From Podarcis bocagei (Eukaryota): 64,000 nucleotides of DNA. The DNA is taken from assembly GCA_964188305.1 (NCBI GenBank), contig OZ076890.1. The stretch is one strand, 5' to 3'. Positions 40,506 to 55,561 of the stretch are shown here, one piece after another (the stretch's first letter is position 1; each line of letters opens with the position of its first letter). Position numbers and translations under genes: made by a program. The notes beneath the pieces were generated by a model. That model made no database searches and was not told where the DNA came from. It saw nothing but the letters and a program-made list of their open reading frames with translations.

Positions 40506-42842
40506 CGGTTTCCATAATTCAATTTTTTTTTTGGGGGGGGAGTCACGTGCTTTGAATGTGCATTGCGTGTTCTTCAGATGTATGACATGGATCTTCCAAA
40601 AGACTAATCTCATAGGCCTCTAAGACAGATGGGTCAGAAATTGTAAGATGTTTATGTATTGACAAAATGAAAATTAGTAATGCCAGCTAAATATAAAAGT
40701 TATGGCTTTTGAACCTACTACTGCTACTACTACACATACATGTATGTGGCATTCTGGGCTGGTTTTTGTTACCTGCTGGCTGTATCTTTTCGATCGAGCC
40801 GCTGACAGTTTTGGTTGACCACACCACTTCACTGTTGAAAGTTAATACTGTTTGACTCATTCTGTGCTGTTCGCATCAAGCCAAAGAAAACAAGGGGAAG
40901 AATAATCTGCCTGTGTGCAGTTTGGAAACTTCTCAGACACTCTGCATGCAAAGCACTATATAGTAGCTTACTATATCTCTTTGCAAGCTGCAGAGGAAAA
41001 GGAGGAAGCAAACAGCATAGCATGCGTAAGACTATGCAGCACCATGGACGACATGAGAGGGTGCAGGGAACTGCAAGAATACTTGTATGTAACAAACAGT
41101 TAGTACAATGGAGAGACTGTTAAGGAAATTAAAGGGGGGGAAATACTAAGCCATTCCAGTTTCGACATGCAGAGATGTTTATTTCAGAGACAGGGGGAGT
41201 TGCTCATTTTATCACAAGTGGGTTATTTTGGTTCACGTTGTAAGAGTAAACATTCAAGCAAGGGAAAATCCACTTTTCCTTCCACCACCCCATTTGTTAA
41301 GCAAAGTTTTGATGACTCAGGGCATGAGCAATGGCATAGAGGGCCTTTTCATTGGTAGAGTGAGTCGCTTTAGTTACTAGTGCCTGTTTTTAACTCTCGA
41401 AAGACAGTTTGGAAATGAAATGGGTTCATTATATTTCTGGGAACACCCCGTTACAAATTTACTATAGTGACTGATTTCAGTGGCCATGATCCAGAGATTC
41501 TGTTTTGGGTGTAAAGACAGACTTCCATAGGTGGGGCAGCTGTTTGCCAGCAGTTTGTGAAGAAAATCAAGCAGTAGACACAGAAGCCATTCTGCAGGCA
41601 GAATGCTGCTAGCTGTACACATAGATTGAGAAGGGCTGTAAAAATTTTAAAACTTTCTTAAAGCCAAGTTAAATTCTTGCGTGGAATTCTTGCTCATGAA
41701 TGTTGTCAATATTCTATTGCTACTATTGCTGTTTAACATTTACTTTGTGTCCACTAGGGTGGACAAATCAGATTTTTAATTTCATGTGTTCATAAATCAA
41801 TTTCATCCTGTTTCTGCATTAATCTACAGGGTTCCCCCCCCCAAAAAATGTACCAAGATATACATTATTTTTGTATGCAGTATCTTAACATTATCTTTGA
41901 ACACTTTTAAATTTAAAATAAACATTTTGTATGCATTTCGGTACATTTTTAAAGCTGAAAATCCGTCTCAAAATTCAGAGAAGTGCAAGAACTGCAAGAT
42001 TCCTGTGTTCTGTTCCACATATTAGTCTGAGAAGTGTAAATCAGGTCAGCTTGCTTAAAAATGGGGTTCAAGCAATATCTTCAAGTATCTCTAATGTCAA
42101 TGCAACACTAGGCACAATATGACAAAATGAATACAGTTTCTGCCCAGGAGACTTAAACAGTCCCCATTTATCTCAGTAGATAGAGGTGGAACGAGAGATC
42201 CAGAAATGCCAAATATACCTAGTTAGGTAAGCCCCGCCCTGCATAATCGATCACATGATGCTGTGCACTATTTGAATGGCAATGCCTCTCGGATATTTTA
42301 TTGGGGGGGGGGGCAAAGAGACTTCAGCCCCTAGGGGTTGGCTCCTATGAGGCACGCTTTTTCTAATGCTCTGGTAAAAGGAATACATTTATTACAAAAA
42401 TAACCCCTCAAGTGATGCTAGCAAGCATGCTTCACACCAAAGGCGATTGAAAAGGCACCCCAGAATCACCAGTCAATCAGAGCTGAGGGGAGAAATTCTC
42501 AATGCTTTTTGCCAGATTAATTTTTCCCCCCATGGCAGTAATGGTCCCCTTTGCAAACTCTGAAGCACAAGTTTAATATATTAGGAGCAAGGAAAGCAGC
42601 ACCCTTCCCTTGAGACATCTGGCTCTCCTCATTTAAGTGTTTTCTTAACAGACTGCTTCTTCCACACTTACTTTGCTTTTGCATGTCCTCAAACAAACTT
42701 GTTTTTGGTGAGTGCTGGAAGATAGAACATGTAAATAAGGAAAGGTTTTTTCCTAAACCCTTCACATTCTGGCTGGCATTAGTCTTCGCTTTAAAAGTTA
42801 TTTTAAAAAGAATTCCTATGTGCCTGTTTTACATTACTTTTA

Positions 42843-43119
42843 CCGTATTGGCCCGAATATAAGCCGCACCAGCAAATAAGCCTCATCTTTAAAACTGGGG
42901 GGGGGGGGCGGAGAAAAAAAATACAATACCCTAATATAAGCCGCTCCCTTAAAATTGTGTTGTGCTGGTGGTCCTAGGAGCTATGCACTGCCCACCATCT
43001 TTCCTCACCAGAAGTCCCGTAAAAGCCAATTTTTGTAAGGTCACAAATTTGAGCCGCACTTTAACTTTTCACGGTCGGAATTTGTGGGGAAAGTGTGGCT
43101 TATATTCAGGCCAATATGG
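42843..43119. mobile_element. Tc/mariner-type MITE
   Basis: TIRs CCGTATTGGCCCGAATATAAGCCGCAC / GTGTGGCTTATATTCAGGCCAATATGG; TA duplication on both sides. Confidence 0.85.
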
Positions 43120-43265
43120 TACTTCAGTGGGCAGGCTTATCTCCAAACAAGAACTTATGAAGTAAGCCACTATTACTAAACAAGAAAGTTACACGTTTCT
43201 GTATACAGAAACGTGTGTATCCACAACTTAGGTGTACACCTCCAGGACCCTTCAAACATAACAAT

Positions 43266-43692
43266 CAGTGCCGGATTTATGTATAAGCTAAACAAGCTAT
43301 AACTTAAGGCCCCACTCTCTTGGGTCCCCCAAAAAATTTAAAGGGAAAAAACAACTGGATGTACATTTCCAAAAAAATAAGATAAAAAACCAATAGAATA
43401 AAACCTACATACAGATAGAGCTTAATAATTATTTCACTATTAATATACTTCTTCCTAATTGTATTCCAGTATTAATATACTTTTTACTTGTATTTCAGTT
43501 CAACAATTATTTTGATAAAATAAATATTTTGTTATGTGCAAATGTCTTTAGATATCTATTAGATCCATAATTTAGCATATATTCAACACAAAAAACAGCG
43601 ACAATTTGTTGTTGACAAAGGACAGTGGGACATATAAAAGGCCCCATTACCTTCAGTAGTGTAGGGCCTCATCAGACCTAAATCCGGCCCTG
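43266..43692. mobile_element. hAT-type MITE with AT-rich interior
   Basis: TIR CAGTGCCGGATTTA / TAAATCCGGCCCTG; degenerate 8-bp TSD ATAACAAT / ATAGCAGT. Confidence 0.75.
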
Positions 43693-46600
43693 ATAGCAGT
43701 GATCAGTTTTAGGGGTTGGCATGTGCATTCCACATGACACCTGGTATCCTGTGCCTCATCAGAGAACCTGCCTTTTTAAGGATTCCCAATTCCGTGTTAT
43801 AAATAAGACTCTTGTTTTTGCTGGACTAGACTGACATGTCTACCCCTCTGGAAGTTCTGCACACCTAGTTTGTTTGTGTGGAGGCTTTTCCAGAAGTGAT
43901 GCTGAATGAGTAAAGGAGCTGAGAGTAAGGATGATGGTGCAATATTTCTCCCTCATCTATGCATGCTGTTCATTGTCATGGGTCAAGACTCCTGTTGTTC
44001 AATGGAGAAGCCTGCAATTCCCAAATGCTGCTCATTTGCCTGATGGACTTGGGGACAGCAAAATAAAGGCAGCTGTGGAAAATATTGATTTGATAATCTT
44101 GGAAGCATAGGTTTGCATAAAAAGCAAGATATGACATTTTGTACTAAAATTCTAAAAAATTCTTATCATGATCATCATCATCATCTCCTCCTCAGCAGTA
44201 ATTAGATTATAGTGCATTTGGATTAAAAAGAATACCAAGGAATATATTTCCAGCCCCATCCACCCTAAGGCTTTTTTCATTAATGTGAAACATTTTGTTT
44301 AGGCTGTGATCCATTACACACTTGCTTGGGAGTAAGTTCCATTAAACAGTATGGGTTATTTCTGAGGAAACATGTACAGGATTACATTGCATGTTGATAA
44401 AATATAGGATGACATGAGAAATATTACTTAACCTACTGACACTTTACTTGTTTCAGTTTTAATTTCACATTCTGTTTTTGTGAGGATGAATTAATTAAAA
44501 TGATGCATTGCTTCATACATGGAAAACACTGTACTGTACGTAGATTCAGTAGAAACATAGAACTGTAGAGTTAGAAGGGACCACAAAGGTCATCTGGCCC
44601 AACCCTAATTTAAGCTTGTGACAATCCTTTGCTGTAGGTCAGGCTGAAAATGTGTCACTGGGCAAAAACCAGGCCCCCATATTCATGGATTCGTGACGGT
44701 TTGAAACTGGGGCTCCTAAGTTTGGGCTCTTAAGTAATACTTGGAATGTAGTTGCTAATATCTTTCATTTTGTAGGTGTTAACTATTCACATACATACAG
44801 CCACTTCATTCGTTATAATTTTGCAAATCCATATGAATGAATGGGTGTGTTTTTTTCACTCACTAAGTTAGATGTTACCCCTTAATTGCTATCAAAAAGG
44901 GAACTGCTTTAACTCTTGGAAGCACTGGTAACTGCAGGAAAATTAGGATCTACTGGACTGCATCATGTGTATACAGCATCCTATGCAGAAATATGATGTG
45001 TGATGAAAATGATGTGCAGATGTCACATGTGAGGATGACCATGTGGATTTATTTCTTTATTTCATTTGCAGGCTAATAACCTGCAGCCAATCTCTTGTTC
45101 ATGTGCAAAAAACCCAAAAGAACCAGCATGAGTGATCCTGTGTAGAGGACCTAGACTCTTCATTGATCACAACATTCACACACAAGTGCTTTTCTGTAGC
45201 AAGAAGTGGTTCTAATCTAACATGAAGAGAATTGGCAACAATCGGTGCTGTAAAAAGACAACAATCACCTCTACTGACCATTTAATTAATTACATGTATT
45301 ATTCTAATAGATTTCAGTAGATTTTTTATTATTATTAAACATCTTGCCAGAAAAATAACACTCCTCAAAGTCATGTTGAAAACCACACAGAATAACAACT
45401 GATGAAAATATGAAAGGAAGGCATCTCGCAGACGTGTTAAATTGGATGCATAAATAGTTCTGAACTGAACTTCTAATGACAACTGTATCTTATATGTATT
45501 GTTAGATCTGCCAGGCGTTACTCTGGAATCAAGATTCTGACCTCAAGGCGTTCAAGCCACGAGGCTGAAAATAATCACCACGTCGATGACATTTTACATA
45601 TGTACACAGCTTGCACAACTCCAAGTGTTTGCATTTGAGCTGAGTGTCGTGAATCCAAGTTTGAATTTGCATTACTGACAAATGAAAGAAAGGCTTTTGC
45701 ATTTGAACTATAAAAAAGTATTAGATAAAAGTATTTTTCTTTTTATCTTTTTAACAAGAGCAGGAGGGAAGTGGAGTGGAGTGGGTGTAAAAGATACAAT
45801 CACTTCTCAAGTCCTATGCTCCCCTCCCCTTTCCATTCCTGTGATAATTTATAACTCAGTGTGGAATCCGAGACACAGTGAGCTGTGCCAAAGGATCTGG
45901 CAGGAGGAAGAAGAGACGAGTTGCTCAGATTTGGAACATCAGCACACGTTATAAAATTTAATTTTAGCTACTAGGCACTACTTTTAAGTGTGTGTTTTCC
46001 TCTTAGAACTCTCCTTAAAAAAAAAAAGTCCAGTGTCCTCATGAAAATGCTTTCAGGGCTGTGTGGAATAGTGTTCTGTAGAGCAGGAGACACGTTTGAC
46101 TTTTTCAGGCAGGGCTAGATATTCATTTGATGACCCACCTCAGGTGAAAATAAATGGCAATGTCAGATTTTATTTAATACCCCAAGGAACAAAAGAATGA
46201 GATGCAAGAGGCTTTTGTTGTGGATTTTGTTGCCCACAGCACACACACCAGTCTGTGGGAAGTCTTTGGAGAGGTTCCTTTCTGTAAGAGTTTCCATCAC
46301 TAAAACTGCAGGGGCTATCTCCTAAAGAAGAAGAATTCCTTCAAAAGGAAGACTTACTCATTGCAGTTTAGGGAAAGGAGTGGAGTGGAAAAAATTTTAA
46401 GGGTTAGCAGGATCAGAGATGCAGCAGTTTTCACTCTTTTCAGACAAAATAAAAAGGAATTGGTTGAAAGAAATAGAGCAAGGGGGAAAGAATTCCATAT
46501 ATGGGTATAAGATTTGCTAATGTCCTACCTATTGTGAGTCTCTTGATGTCAGCTGATATGTTCACCTCATCCCAAGTGTGACGGTGTGCGTGCATCATTC

Positions 46601-46730
46601 CAGCACCAGCTCCTTTTCCTGAGTGTTGCTAGGATATTGTCTGACTGCACTGGTACAGAGATGAATCACTCACCAATAAGGAAAGTGGAAATGTTGTTCA
46701 ACAAATATGTTTTTTACATTGCAATAAGTA

Positions 46731-47073
46731 AAGGTAAAGGGACCCCTGACCATTATGTCCAGTTGCGGACGACTCTGGGGTTGTGGTGCTCATCTAGCTT
46801 TATTGGCCGAGGGAGCCGGCGTACAGCTTCCGGGTCATGTGGCCAGCATAACTAAGCCGCTTCTGGCAAACCAGAACAGCGCACGGGAACGCCGTTTACC
46901 TTCCCGCCAGAGCGGTACCTATTTATCTACTTGCACTTCGTGCTTTCGAACTACTAGGTGGGCAGGAGCAGGGACCGAACAACGGGAGCTCACCCCGTCG
47001 TGGGGATTCAAACTGCCGACCTTCTGATCGGCAAGCCCTAGGCTCTGTGGTTTAACCCACAGCGCCACCTGCG
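46731..47073 (-). mobile_element. Sauria SINE, full length
   Basis: Reverse complement of the 25692 copy; TSD TGCAATAAGTA at 46720-46730 and 47074-47084. Confidence 0.95.
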
Positions 47074-47605
47074 TGCAATAAGTACATATTTCCAAGTTGA
47101 ATATCCCACAAGCACATTTTCCCATGGCATAGAGCAGCTTCTGCCAAGAGGCAGCCCCTGGCCCCTCTGATGTTCCTCAGGATCCATGAAGGAAGTTAAC
47201 AGAGGGCTGAACTGTACTGTAATCTTTCTGAGCTCAGGAAGACAAGACAGGATGCCTTTCCTCATTAGTCTTCAGTCATTGCTCTGCAGAGAGAAGGTCT
47301 CAGTTTCAGTCCTTGCCATCTCTGGTTTAAAAAAATATCAGGCAGCACGTGATGACTAAGACTGCATTGACTAGTTGGATGAGTTATCTGACCAGGCATA
47401 TGGCATCTTCCCATGCTCTCTGAGTCTGCATTCCCTGACAGTGTAATAATTATGTAGAACATGAGCAAACTGCAGTTGTGTGTACATAAACAACACTGTG
47501 GTGTGTGTTGAAGATCTCAGTTCCAATCCACGTAAATATTCAGATCCTATTGAAATCAATGGGGTTTTAGTTGGGTTGAGCCCTTCATGTTTGTAGTAAA
47601 TATTA

Positions 47606-47747
47606 CAGGGGTAGCTGATGTTGTGCCCTCTAGATGTTGTGGGACTACAACTCCCAGCATCCCTGACCATTGGCCATATTGCCTGGGGCCAATAGGAGTT
47701 TGAATCCAACAATATCTGAAGGCCTCGACGTTGGCTAGACTACCCTG
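47606..47747. mobile_element. Short palindromic hAT-type MITE, ~115 bp upstream of the 192-nt exon
   Basis: CAGGGGTAG...CTACCCTG ends; same GGACTACAACTCCCAGCATCCCTGACC core as the other copies. Confidence 0.7.
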
Positions 47748-47765
47748 CAATATAGATCCTGTTGA

Positions 47766-48095
<330 letters not shown>

Positions 48096-49661
48096 TGAGG
48101 AGAAGGTCACCCATTGGCCATTGGAATCATGGTTGGCTTGATCTGTTGTATAGGATGGCACTTTGGGACAGTTCCCCCACCCCCCAGTGGGTTTCATCTG
48201 GCACATCTAGCACTGATGGTGAAAGAGGGCAGCAACTGCAAGCAGACAATGTGGAAAAGGTTAAGTTTGACGTAAGGTTCAAAACAACTGTGGAAAAGCT
48301 TTGGTGAAGAACAGTGTAGAAGAAACCAGGCAGAGTCTGTCTCCCAAAACAAATGCTCATTCATTTCTCTGATTGCACACTACTGTGGGATTCCTCCAGC
48401 CAATTAACAGCATTATAATCAACTCGACAATGATTCTACAAACAGAGCCGGCTCAAAATATTTTGGCACTTGAGGAGAACCACAAAATGGCATTTCCCTC
48501 CCCACCAGGGATGAGTGAAGATCTTGCCTCATGGGTCAGCCGATCCTGGCTTCAATATATGCATAGCTGTGAGGCACATGCTTTGCAGCTTAGAATGGGT
48601 GTCCATGTTTCATGCAATGAAAGTTTGATGCTGCTTTTCCCTAGGAAAAGGAGCTATTAGTGCAGAGAAGGAGTGGAAACCACTTCCCAGTCCACTGCTT
48701 CTCCATTGCAAATTTCCTTCCTGGCGGCTTCTTCTCTCTGAGAAAAACAAGCAGCCATCAGGCTTTTATTACAAGTTCATACACAGTATAAACTTATCAG
48801 AGTATGAACTTCCAACTCTAAATTCTGTGATTCTATGATTCATTATGTGATATATATTTGTCTCCTTTGATCATAGGAGTTTAGTTGTTCTACTTTTGAG
48901 TAAAGGGTATGAGTGGTGTTGCCATGAATTTCAAGGCACTAACAGCAGTCGTCAGTACCAGCTCAAAGGGATATTCAGATACCATTTCCACATATCATAC
49001 TGAACTTGTTTCCTGGGTGATCCCACTTTCCTCTCCATGTAGGGATGGGGTAGAATTTTGGTTCTGAATCCACAGTTCCTGATGCAGTATGCAAACCACA
49101 ATGCAGCTGCCCTTTGACATTTGCACTTCTGGTTCTCCAACCAAAGAATATGTACGAAAATGTATATATCAGTATAATGATTTCATCCCTTAACTATTCT
49201 GACCACTAAAAAAATAATTAAAGTGATATGCGGAGGCACTAATCTGTATGTCGTCAACTGTATTGCAGGAACAGCAGAACACCCTAAGACTGCCCTGTGA
49301 TAAACCAGGAACTAATTTATTTAATCACAAAATTCTCCAGACTGACCTTGTGTTATTAAGCAACACTCACTCCTTGTTGCATGTTTGCAAGTTATCTTTT
49401 AGCCTAGTTCAGACTCCTGCTTTCATAAGATGATGTTGGAGTGGCTGGTTACGTATACAGACTCCAAGTGCTGTAGAACTATAGAAAAATGCTAGAAAAG
49501 GCAGTCAGGCACAGCATTAGGTGAAAGCCCTAAGTTACTCTAAAAACTGAATCTACTGTTTATTCCAGTATATACGAGAGTAGTAAAATTTCAGCCATAT
49601 ATATTTTTAAACAGAAGATATTCTCTTATAATGGCAATGGCGCCCACCTGAGAGGTGCCAG

Positions 49662-49664
<3 letters not shown>

Positions 49665-49700
<36 letters not shown>
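49665..49700. repeat. (TA)n microsatellite
   Basis: Direct read. Confidence 0.95.
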
Positions 49701-49703
<3 letters not shown>

Positions 49704-50003
49704 GCTCTTTTCACAGAGTGATCCAAAGTGACTTACAATAAAACCAATTTAGAACATTTAATAACAATAACTAGATAAAGGGCAGGATTTACGCATTCCA
49801 TTCCAGAAAAAGAGGCTGCAATGCCACCCTTCAAGTTAATGGCCAAAAGGAAAGGGCAGAAAGAAAAGTCTTTGCCTGGCGACTAAAGACAGATAAAGCT
49901 ACCACACAGCTATCACACATATACAGTCTAATTCTGTATATGTTTACTCAGATGTGAATCACATGGGATCCAGCAGAGCTTCTTCCTAAGTATTGCCTTA
50001 AAG

Positions 50004-50138
50004 CAGTCTTCCCCAGCCTGGTGCTTTCCAGATGTTTTGGACTACCGCTTTCACCAGTCCCAGACAGCATAGCCCAATGGTCAGGGATGATGGGAGCTGC
50101 AGTTCAAAACATCTATGGGATGCCATGTTGGGGAACAG
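50004..50138. mobile_element. Short palindromic hAT-type MITE (diverged)
   Basis: TCCAGATGTTTTGGACTAC...GGTCAGGGATGATGGGAGCTGCAGT core. Confidence 0.55.
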
Positions 50139-52329
50139 TACCTGAAACTGTAACACTTAAGCCATTTGTTACAGAGCAAACACAAGCTGTTTCTAATAGG
50201 ACCTCTTCAGCCCTTAGCATGTTTAATAAGTCTTGCCGATGGCAATGAAATTTACTTCTGTGTACCTTGATTGGGATCAGGGCATGCTTTAAAGATAGCA
50301 AAGTGCATTTTTAGCTTATATTTTGCTGGGAGCTATCTCTGAAGCTTGGCTCCAGCTATAATTCCAGACCACATAGTGTAAACAAATTAAAACAATCCTG
50401 TCTTGGGTTTTTGGTTTTGTTTTGTTTTTTGCTTTTTAAATATATTGCTTTGCAACTATCTATCATCATGAAAGTAGCTGGAATTAAGTGCTTGAAGGAC
50501 TTGATTAAATACCCTCTAATGTATATTTTACAAAGGTATTTTACAAAAGTATATTTTACGCGCATAATTAAGCATGTCTGAAATTAGGATGAATGACATA
50601 TGACCCTTTCTTAGAAAGCTAATGTTTATTTTCCAGTTTAGTAATAAATACTTTGAACAGTTTTTGAACAGAACAATTCACTTGTTTTAAATCAAGTGTG
50701 TTCTTGCATTTTAACAGGGTTCAGTGGTGTGGTCTATTTATTATCATTATTAGTACCCGTTGTAGTAGTACTCATAGTAATGTATTCAGAACTAAAACAA
50801 AAAGATGTTTTAAAAATAAAAGAAGTAAAATTCATTCCTGCAGACTTACAGTCTACTGGACATGATGCAAAATTGTTTGTATCTCCACAGGTGAAAATCA
50901 ATTTTTTTATATATATTGTCATTTTAATTCTTAGTAATGCTCTCAGTATGTTGTGTTCATTTCACTGGGTTCAGATTTAACATGAAACCATGTTATGCAA
51001 ACAGTAGACATGAAGCAGGCAAACCATGATTTAGAGTTGTTTTTGTTTCCCATATTCTCAGCACTGAATTCAGATGGATTCACAGTGACTCAGATGTAAA
51101 TTCTGGTTTGCAAACAAGCTTCAAATTTTGGTTTCAGACACTGGTTTGCTGAACTTAAACAAACCATGTTTTGTCAGTGGGCTTTGGTTCAGACATTATT
51201 AAAGGAAACAAGATTTAGTTTAACCTACCATGGTTTTGTATTTTGTTGGTCTGTGTTGGAATTTAGGATTTGCTTGTCATAAGGCACATTTCTTTCCCAT
51301 TTTTGTTGTGGACAAAACATTTGAAAACCTATTACTAAGAGACTTAAAAGCCCTAAGACAAATACTGTGAACTCAAATTAGAGTGTACTTAAAGCAAATA
51401 AAATATAGGCAAGATCCCCTGTACTGGAGAATAGCAATTACTGCCTGAGCTTACTACAACAGTAGTAAATATGCCAGAGACTTACTGAACTAAAATGCTT
51501 AGATTGGACTGTACCAACAATAATACTAGTGTGATGCCAAAATATATGACATTAGGGTAGTTTTCTACTGTGTATGTACGAGTTGTTCTTTGTTTTTATA
51601 AATTTTTAATTTGTTTATGTATACTATTTAATAGAATTTTTAATACAAAGGAGTTAAAAGCATTACTAGGGCTAGTTTCTAAATATCACAAGTACAGGTC
51701 ATAAATAAGCACCTGAGAGATATTTGTGTATGTTTAAAAGGGCTGAAATATTTTCATACCACTAAGCTACTGTTTACTTCACCCATGAACGGGGGAAAGG
51801 AATTAACTTCCTATTTTTATCAGGTTTCCTATTTCAAACAAAAAGCAGTTTCTATGATGAAAGCAAGTCCAGGCAGGCTAGTGCCCATAAATTGCTTTAA
51901 TAGACTCCTTGATTTCTTTCATATATATATAAGAAGGAAAATACACCTGTCCATTTAGAAGTTCAAAACCTATGCCTTCACAGGGGTGAAGGGGAATAAC
52001 TATGCTTTCAAGTTCAAAAAGAAAACTATTCCACGTATAAGCACTGATGCAATTCTGCAAGCAGATATTTATATAGAGGAAAATAATTGTCATAGATGGA
52101 AGCTTTTATGGAGGTACTGGCACAGAAGTTGAATAAAGCCAATCAACCCAAGGGTAATCCCTACAATCTCACGAAGTACACGTTCTATTCTTTGTGAGAG
52201 AGTCAGCAAGCCCTAACTGAAAGGCAGTAGCATAAAATCCAGCCCAAACGGAATGGAAACGAGGTATAGCCTCACCATGGGAAGGAGGGTATATACACAG
52301 GCAGAAGAACTGTCTGATAGTAAGAGCTA

Positions 52330-52471
52330 TTCGACAGTAGAACAAAGTGGAGAGTTGTGGACTCTTCATCCTTGGAGGTTTTTAAGCCATGTGTCTTGGG
52401 TGCTTTAGCTGAGATTCCTGCATTGCATGGGGTTGGACTAAATGGCCCTTGGGATCTCTTCCAACTCTATG
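52330..52471 (+). mobile_element. CR1 3' end fragment
   Basis: GAGATTCCTGCATTGCATGGGGTTGGACTA...TCTCTTCCAACTCTATGA, homologous to 57740-57890. Confidence 0.75.
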
Positions 52472-55400
52472 ACACATTAGCAACTGAAGTGTTATAGGGT
52501 TAACCTGTACCCGGTTTGCTCTTTTTCTCAATTCAGGTTGAAGTTGCGGGGGGCGGGAATGCATTGCAGTGCAGCATTTCATAAGAAATGATAGATATGG
52601 ATTGTGGCTATTGTTGTGTGTGCACTGTTTCCTAAACCAGTGGTGGGAATGCTCTAGATGAAGAGCACATTGGATGCAGTATGCACAGTCTCAGTTCAAT
52701 AAAGCTAGTGTGCTATCCAGTAGTAGCCAAGTAAAGAAAGGATTTGTATGCGTTGCCGTCTTCCAGTTGCAATCTTATTGTTATATACGTATGGCTTCAC
52801 TGATAGTGCTCAAAAGGTCTTCTCTTATGAGGTTCCTCTAGGCAAGCCCTCCATCTACTCCTATGCTTCCTCTTCCAATTTTGTTTGCTGCATTACTTCT
52901 GGCAATGGGTAACTATTTCTAGGATGAGAGTGCCAGTCCCTGCTCCTGTACCGTTATTAATGTCCTGGAAGAGCTGGTAATGCTTGAGCAGTGGTCATAG
53001 CGGTCATGATCTTGCATTGCCATGTGCTCCATCTTCTTAAGTATTTATTTGACAGCATAAGAGCCCATAAGATTAATCATAACATTTCTTGTTTATACCA
53101 CCCTCTTGAACTGGAAGAAATAATATATTTCTGAAAAGGGGGCACTAGAACAAATTCGCTATGTTTACGATGGGTTATTGCAATATAATCTTTTGTTTTA
53201 TGGTTCAAGCATATGGGAATTTGTAAAAGATAATAAAGCGCATAATGGCATGATGCTCTTGGGTGTATGAGGAATCAAGATGACAATCATTCTACCTCCT
53301 TACTATCTAGCCTCTGCTTTCCATGCTGCTATCTTTCCTAGAAAGTAGTCTAGGTCTTTGTAACAAAATGTGCTTGGGATGGTGATTATTTGTTACATTT
53401 TTATTCCACCTTTCCTCCAAGGAGTTTAGGGTGACATACACAGTTCCTGTTGAACTTCTGCCTGTCATTTGGTCCAGCAGTTCCTGCCCTCCCCATTTTA
53501 AGGTAGCTTGAGAATGAGTAACTGGCCTGAGGTCATTCATTGAGCCTCATGACTGAGTAGGGATTTGAAACCTGGTCTCCCAGGTCTAACCATTGCAGCA
53601 CACTGGCTTCCAGTCTGTGGAGAGTTCAATGTGTTATCTATTTGATTTCATGAAGTTTTAAATATCTTGAGCGTGTGAACATTGCATTTCTTTTTGCTAT
53701 TATTTGACTGACGTGGGAGTCTTCCAAACAGCCTGTTTACTGAGCATCCATCCTGATTTGCTCACACAAAACCTACGCTGAGGATAGACAGCATCCAGTA
53801 TTTATTGAGCACTTGTGCAGAGGTTATATGACAATAAGTATTGATCCTGATTTGCTTACACAGTTCTTATATGTCTTTCCATTAGTCATTTGTTCATCCC
53901 ATACTTTTCAGTGCATTTCCCTATTGGTTTCCTAACTTCAAAAAGTACAGGGTTGACAGAGTGCTTTAATCTACTTTAATTGTACAAACCTAAATTTCCA
54001 GTATGCAGTTGAATCTCTCCACAAAATACTGGCAGGTCCTGTAAAATGGAAGCCAGGACGCAAATCATTTACCTGAAGTATGTGTCAATTGTTTTATTTC
54101 TCCATGACCCATTTAGAATCTCTATGCCACATCTTAAACTCTTCTTGAGATTTCCTGTCAGTTTCAAATTGGTTTGCCATACACCATGAAGACTGCTGTT
54201 CAGGAAACATAAGTCCAAAATTCCTCTGTTCTTGCAGCATTAGTTATGCAATTATTTGGATCCTGGCTGCATTATGTAAAAGATTTTATGTACTGCTAAA
54301 AAATTGAGAAAATGAGTTTCCCCCCATCCCCTAAAAACAACAACAATACTTAAGTTAAAAGAAATGTCTCTGGATATTTTTACACCTAAAGTAAGCCTTT
54401 TAAAAGGCTTGTGACCAATTATATTGACCAAAACATGCTTACAAGGACAAAAGTAAACAAAACTGCTTTTTGTAACACAAGAAGGCAGATTATTTGATCA
54501 TTTCTTTGGAAAAGGCAGGAATGTTTAAACTTTGCAGTAATATTTTTTTCATTGCTTCCCAGGTGAAAAAAGCTTTGTTTAAAGAGATATCTTCAAGGTC
54601 TCCTATGCTGTCATAATCATTTCATGAAAACATCCATCTTTATCATAGTTCCCATGAGCTGAAGAAACACACTGGTGTGGTTGACCACAAGGAATTGTAG
54701 ATAGCATTGTTTCCATAGCTTGATCTATTTCGCTAGGTTTTTAGTATTTTTGTGGGTTTTAATGAAGTGCTCAAAAACAGAATGTGTGAAAAATTCAGAC
54801 ACAATTACAGTATCATAATATTTTTAGGGCACTGAAATTTGTATTTTCAGTGTGGAATCTTTCTTAAAAACACACAGTTTAAAAAACCTGTTATGCTCAC
54901 TTTCTGTTCTAGATGAATAGTTATGTTACAGTATTCCAGAGGAACCTATACAACTGTTATTAGACCTCCTGCTCCTTTCAGCTCTAGCCAGCATGGCCAG
55001 TGGTCAGAGATTATGGGAGTTGTAGCCAAACAACATCTGGATGACTACAGATTTCCCTTTTTTTTTTCTCTTCTCCTTGGAATAACCACAACACCATTTT
55101 TTATTTTTGCATTTTGAAGATGAGACTGTATTCTTCTGTCTGCTTTACAGGTGATGGAAGCACCTTTTAGAGGAGTGGGAGGCTGACCCTGGAAAACTTC
55201 TTCCCCTTTCCTGCCTCATTCCACTGAAACAAATGATTGTTGCTGTTAGTGACTCGGCATAACAACAGGCCCATAGGTTGTTGGGTTGTTGGTTTTTGTT
55301 TTTTTACTGGAATACATTCTTCCTGGATCAGGGTACTTATGTGAAATGCTGATCTAGTAAAAACCAGTCACTTCCATGTTAGGGTCTGAATGTTGATAAT

Positions 55401-55561
55401 ATTAATTACAGGCCACTTTTGATCAATATAATACACAAAGAAGCTATTCCTTCCTATTCATCAGAAACACTTCACATAATTTTTACAATAAATTAACAGT
55501 TGTCTCTTTCAGTTTATTCCTACTAGGACAGTAAATAACTTATTTCTGTCTGTGTTTAAAA

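Noticed and set aside
54393-54410. 18-bp palindrome AAGCCTTTTAAAAGGCTT, and an 11-bp AT-rich hairpin at 61493-61517
   Set aside because: Short and AT-rich, with no supporting context.
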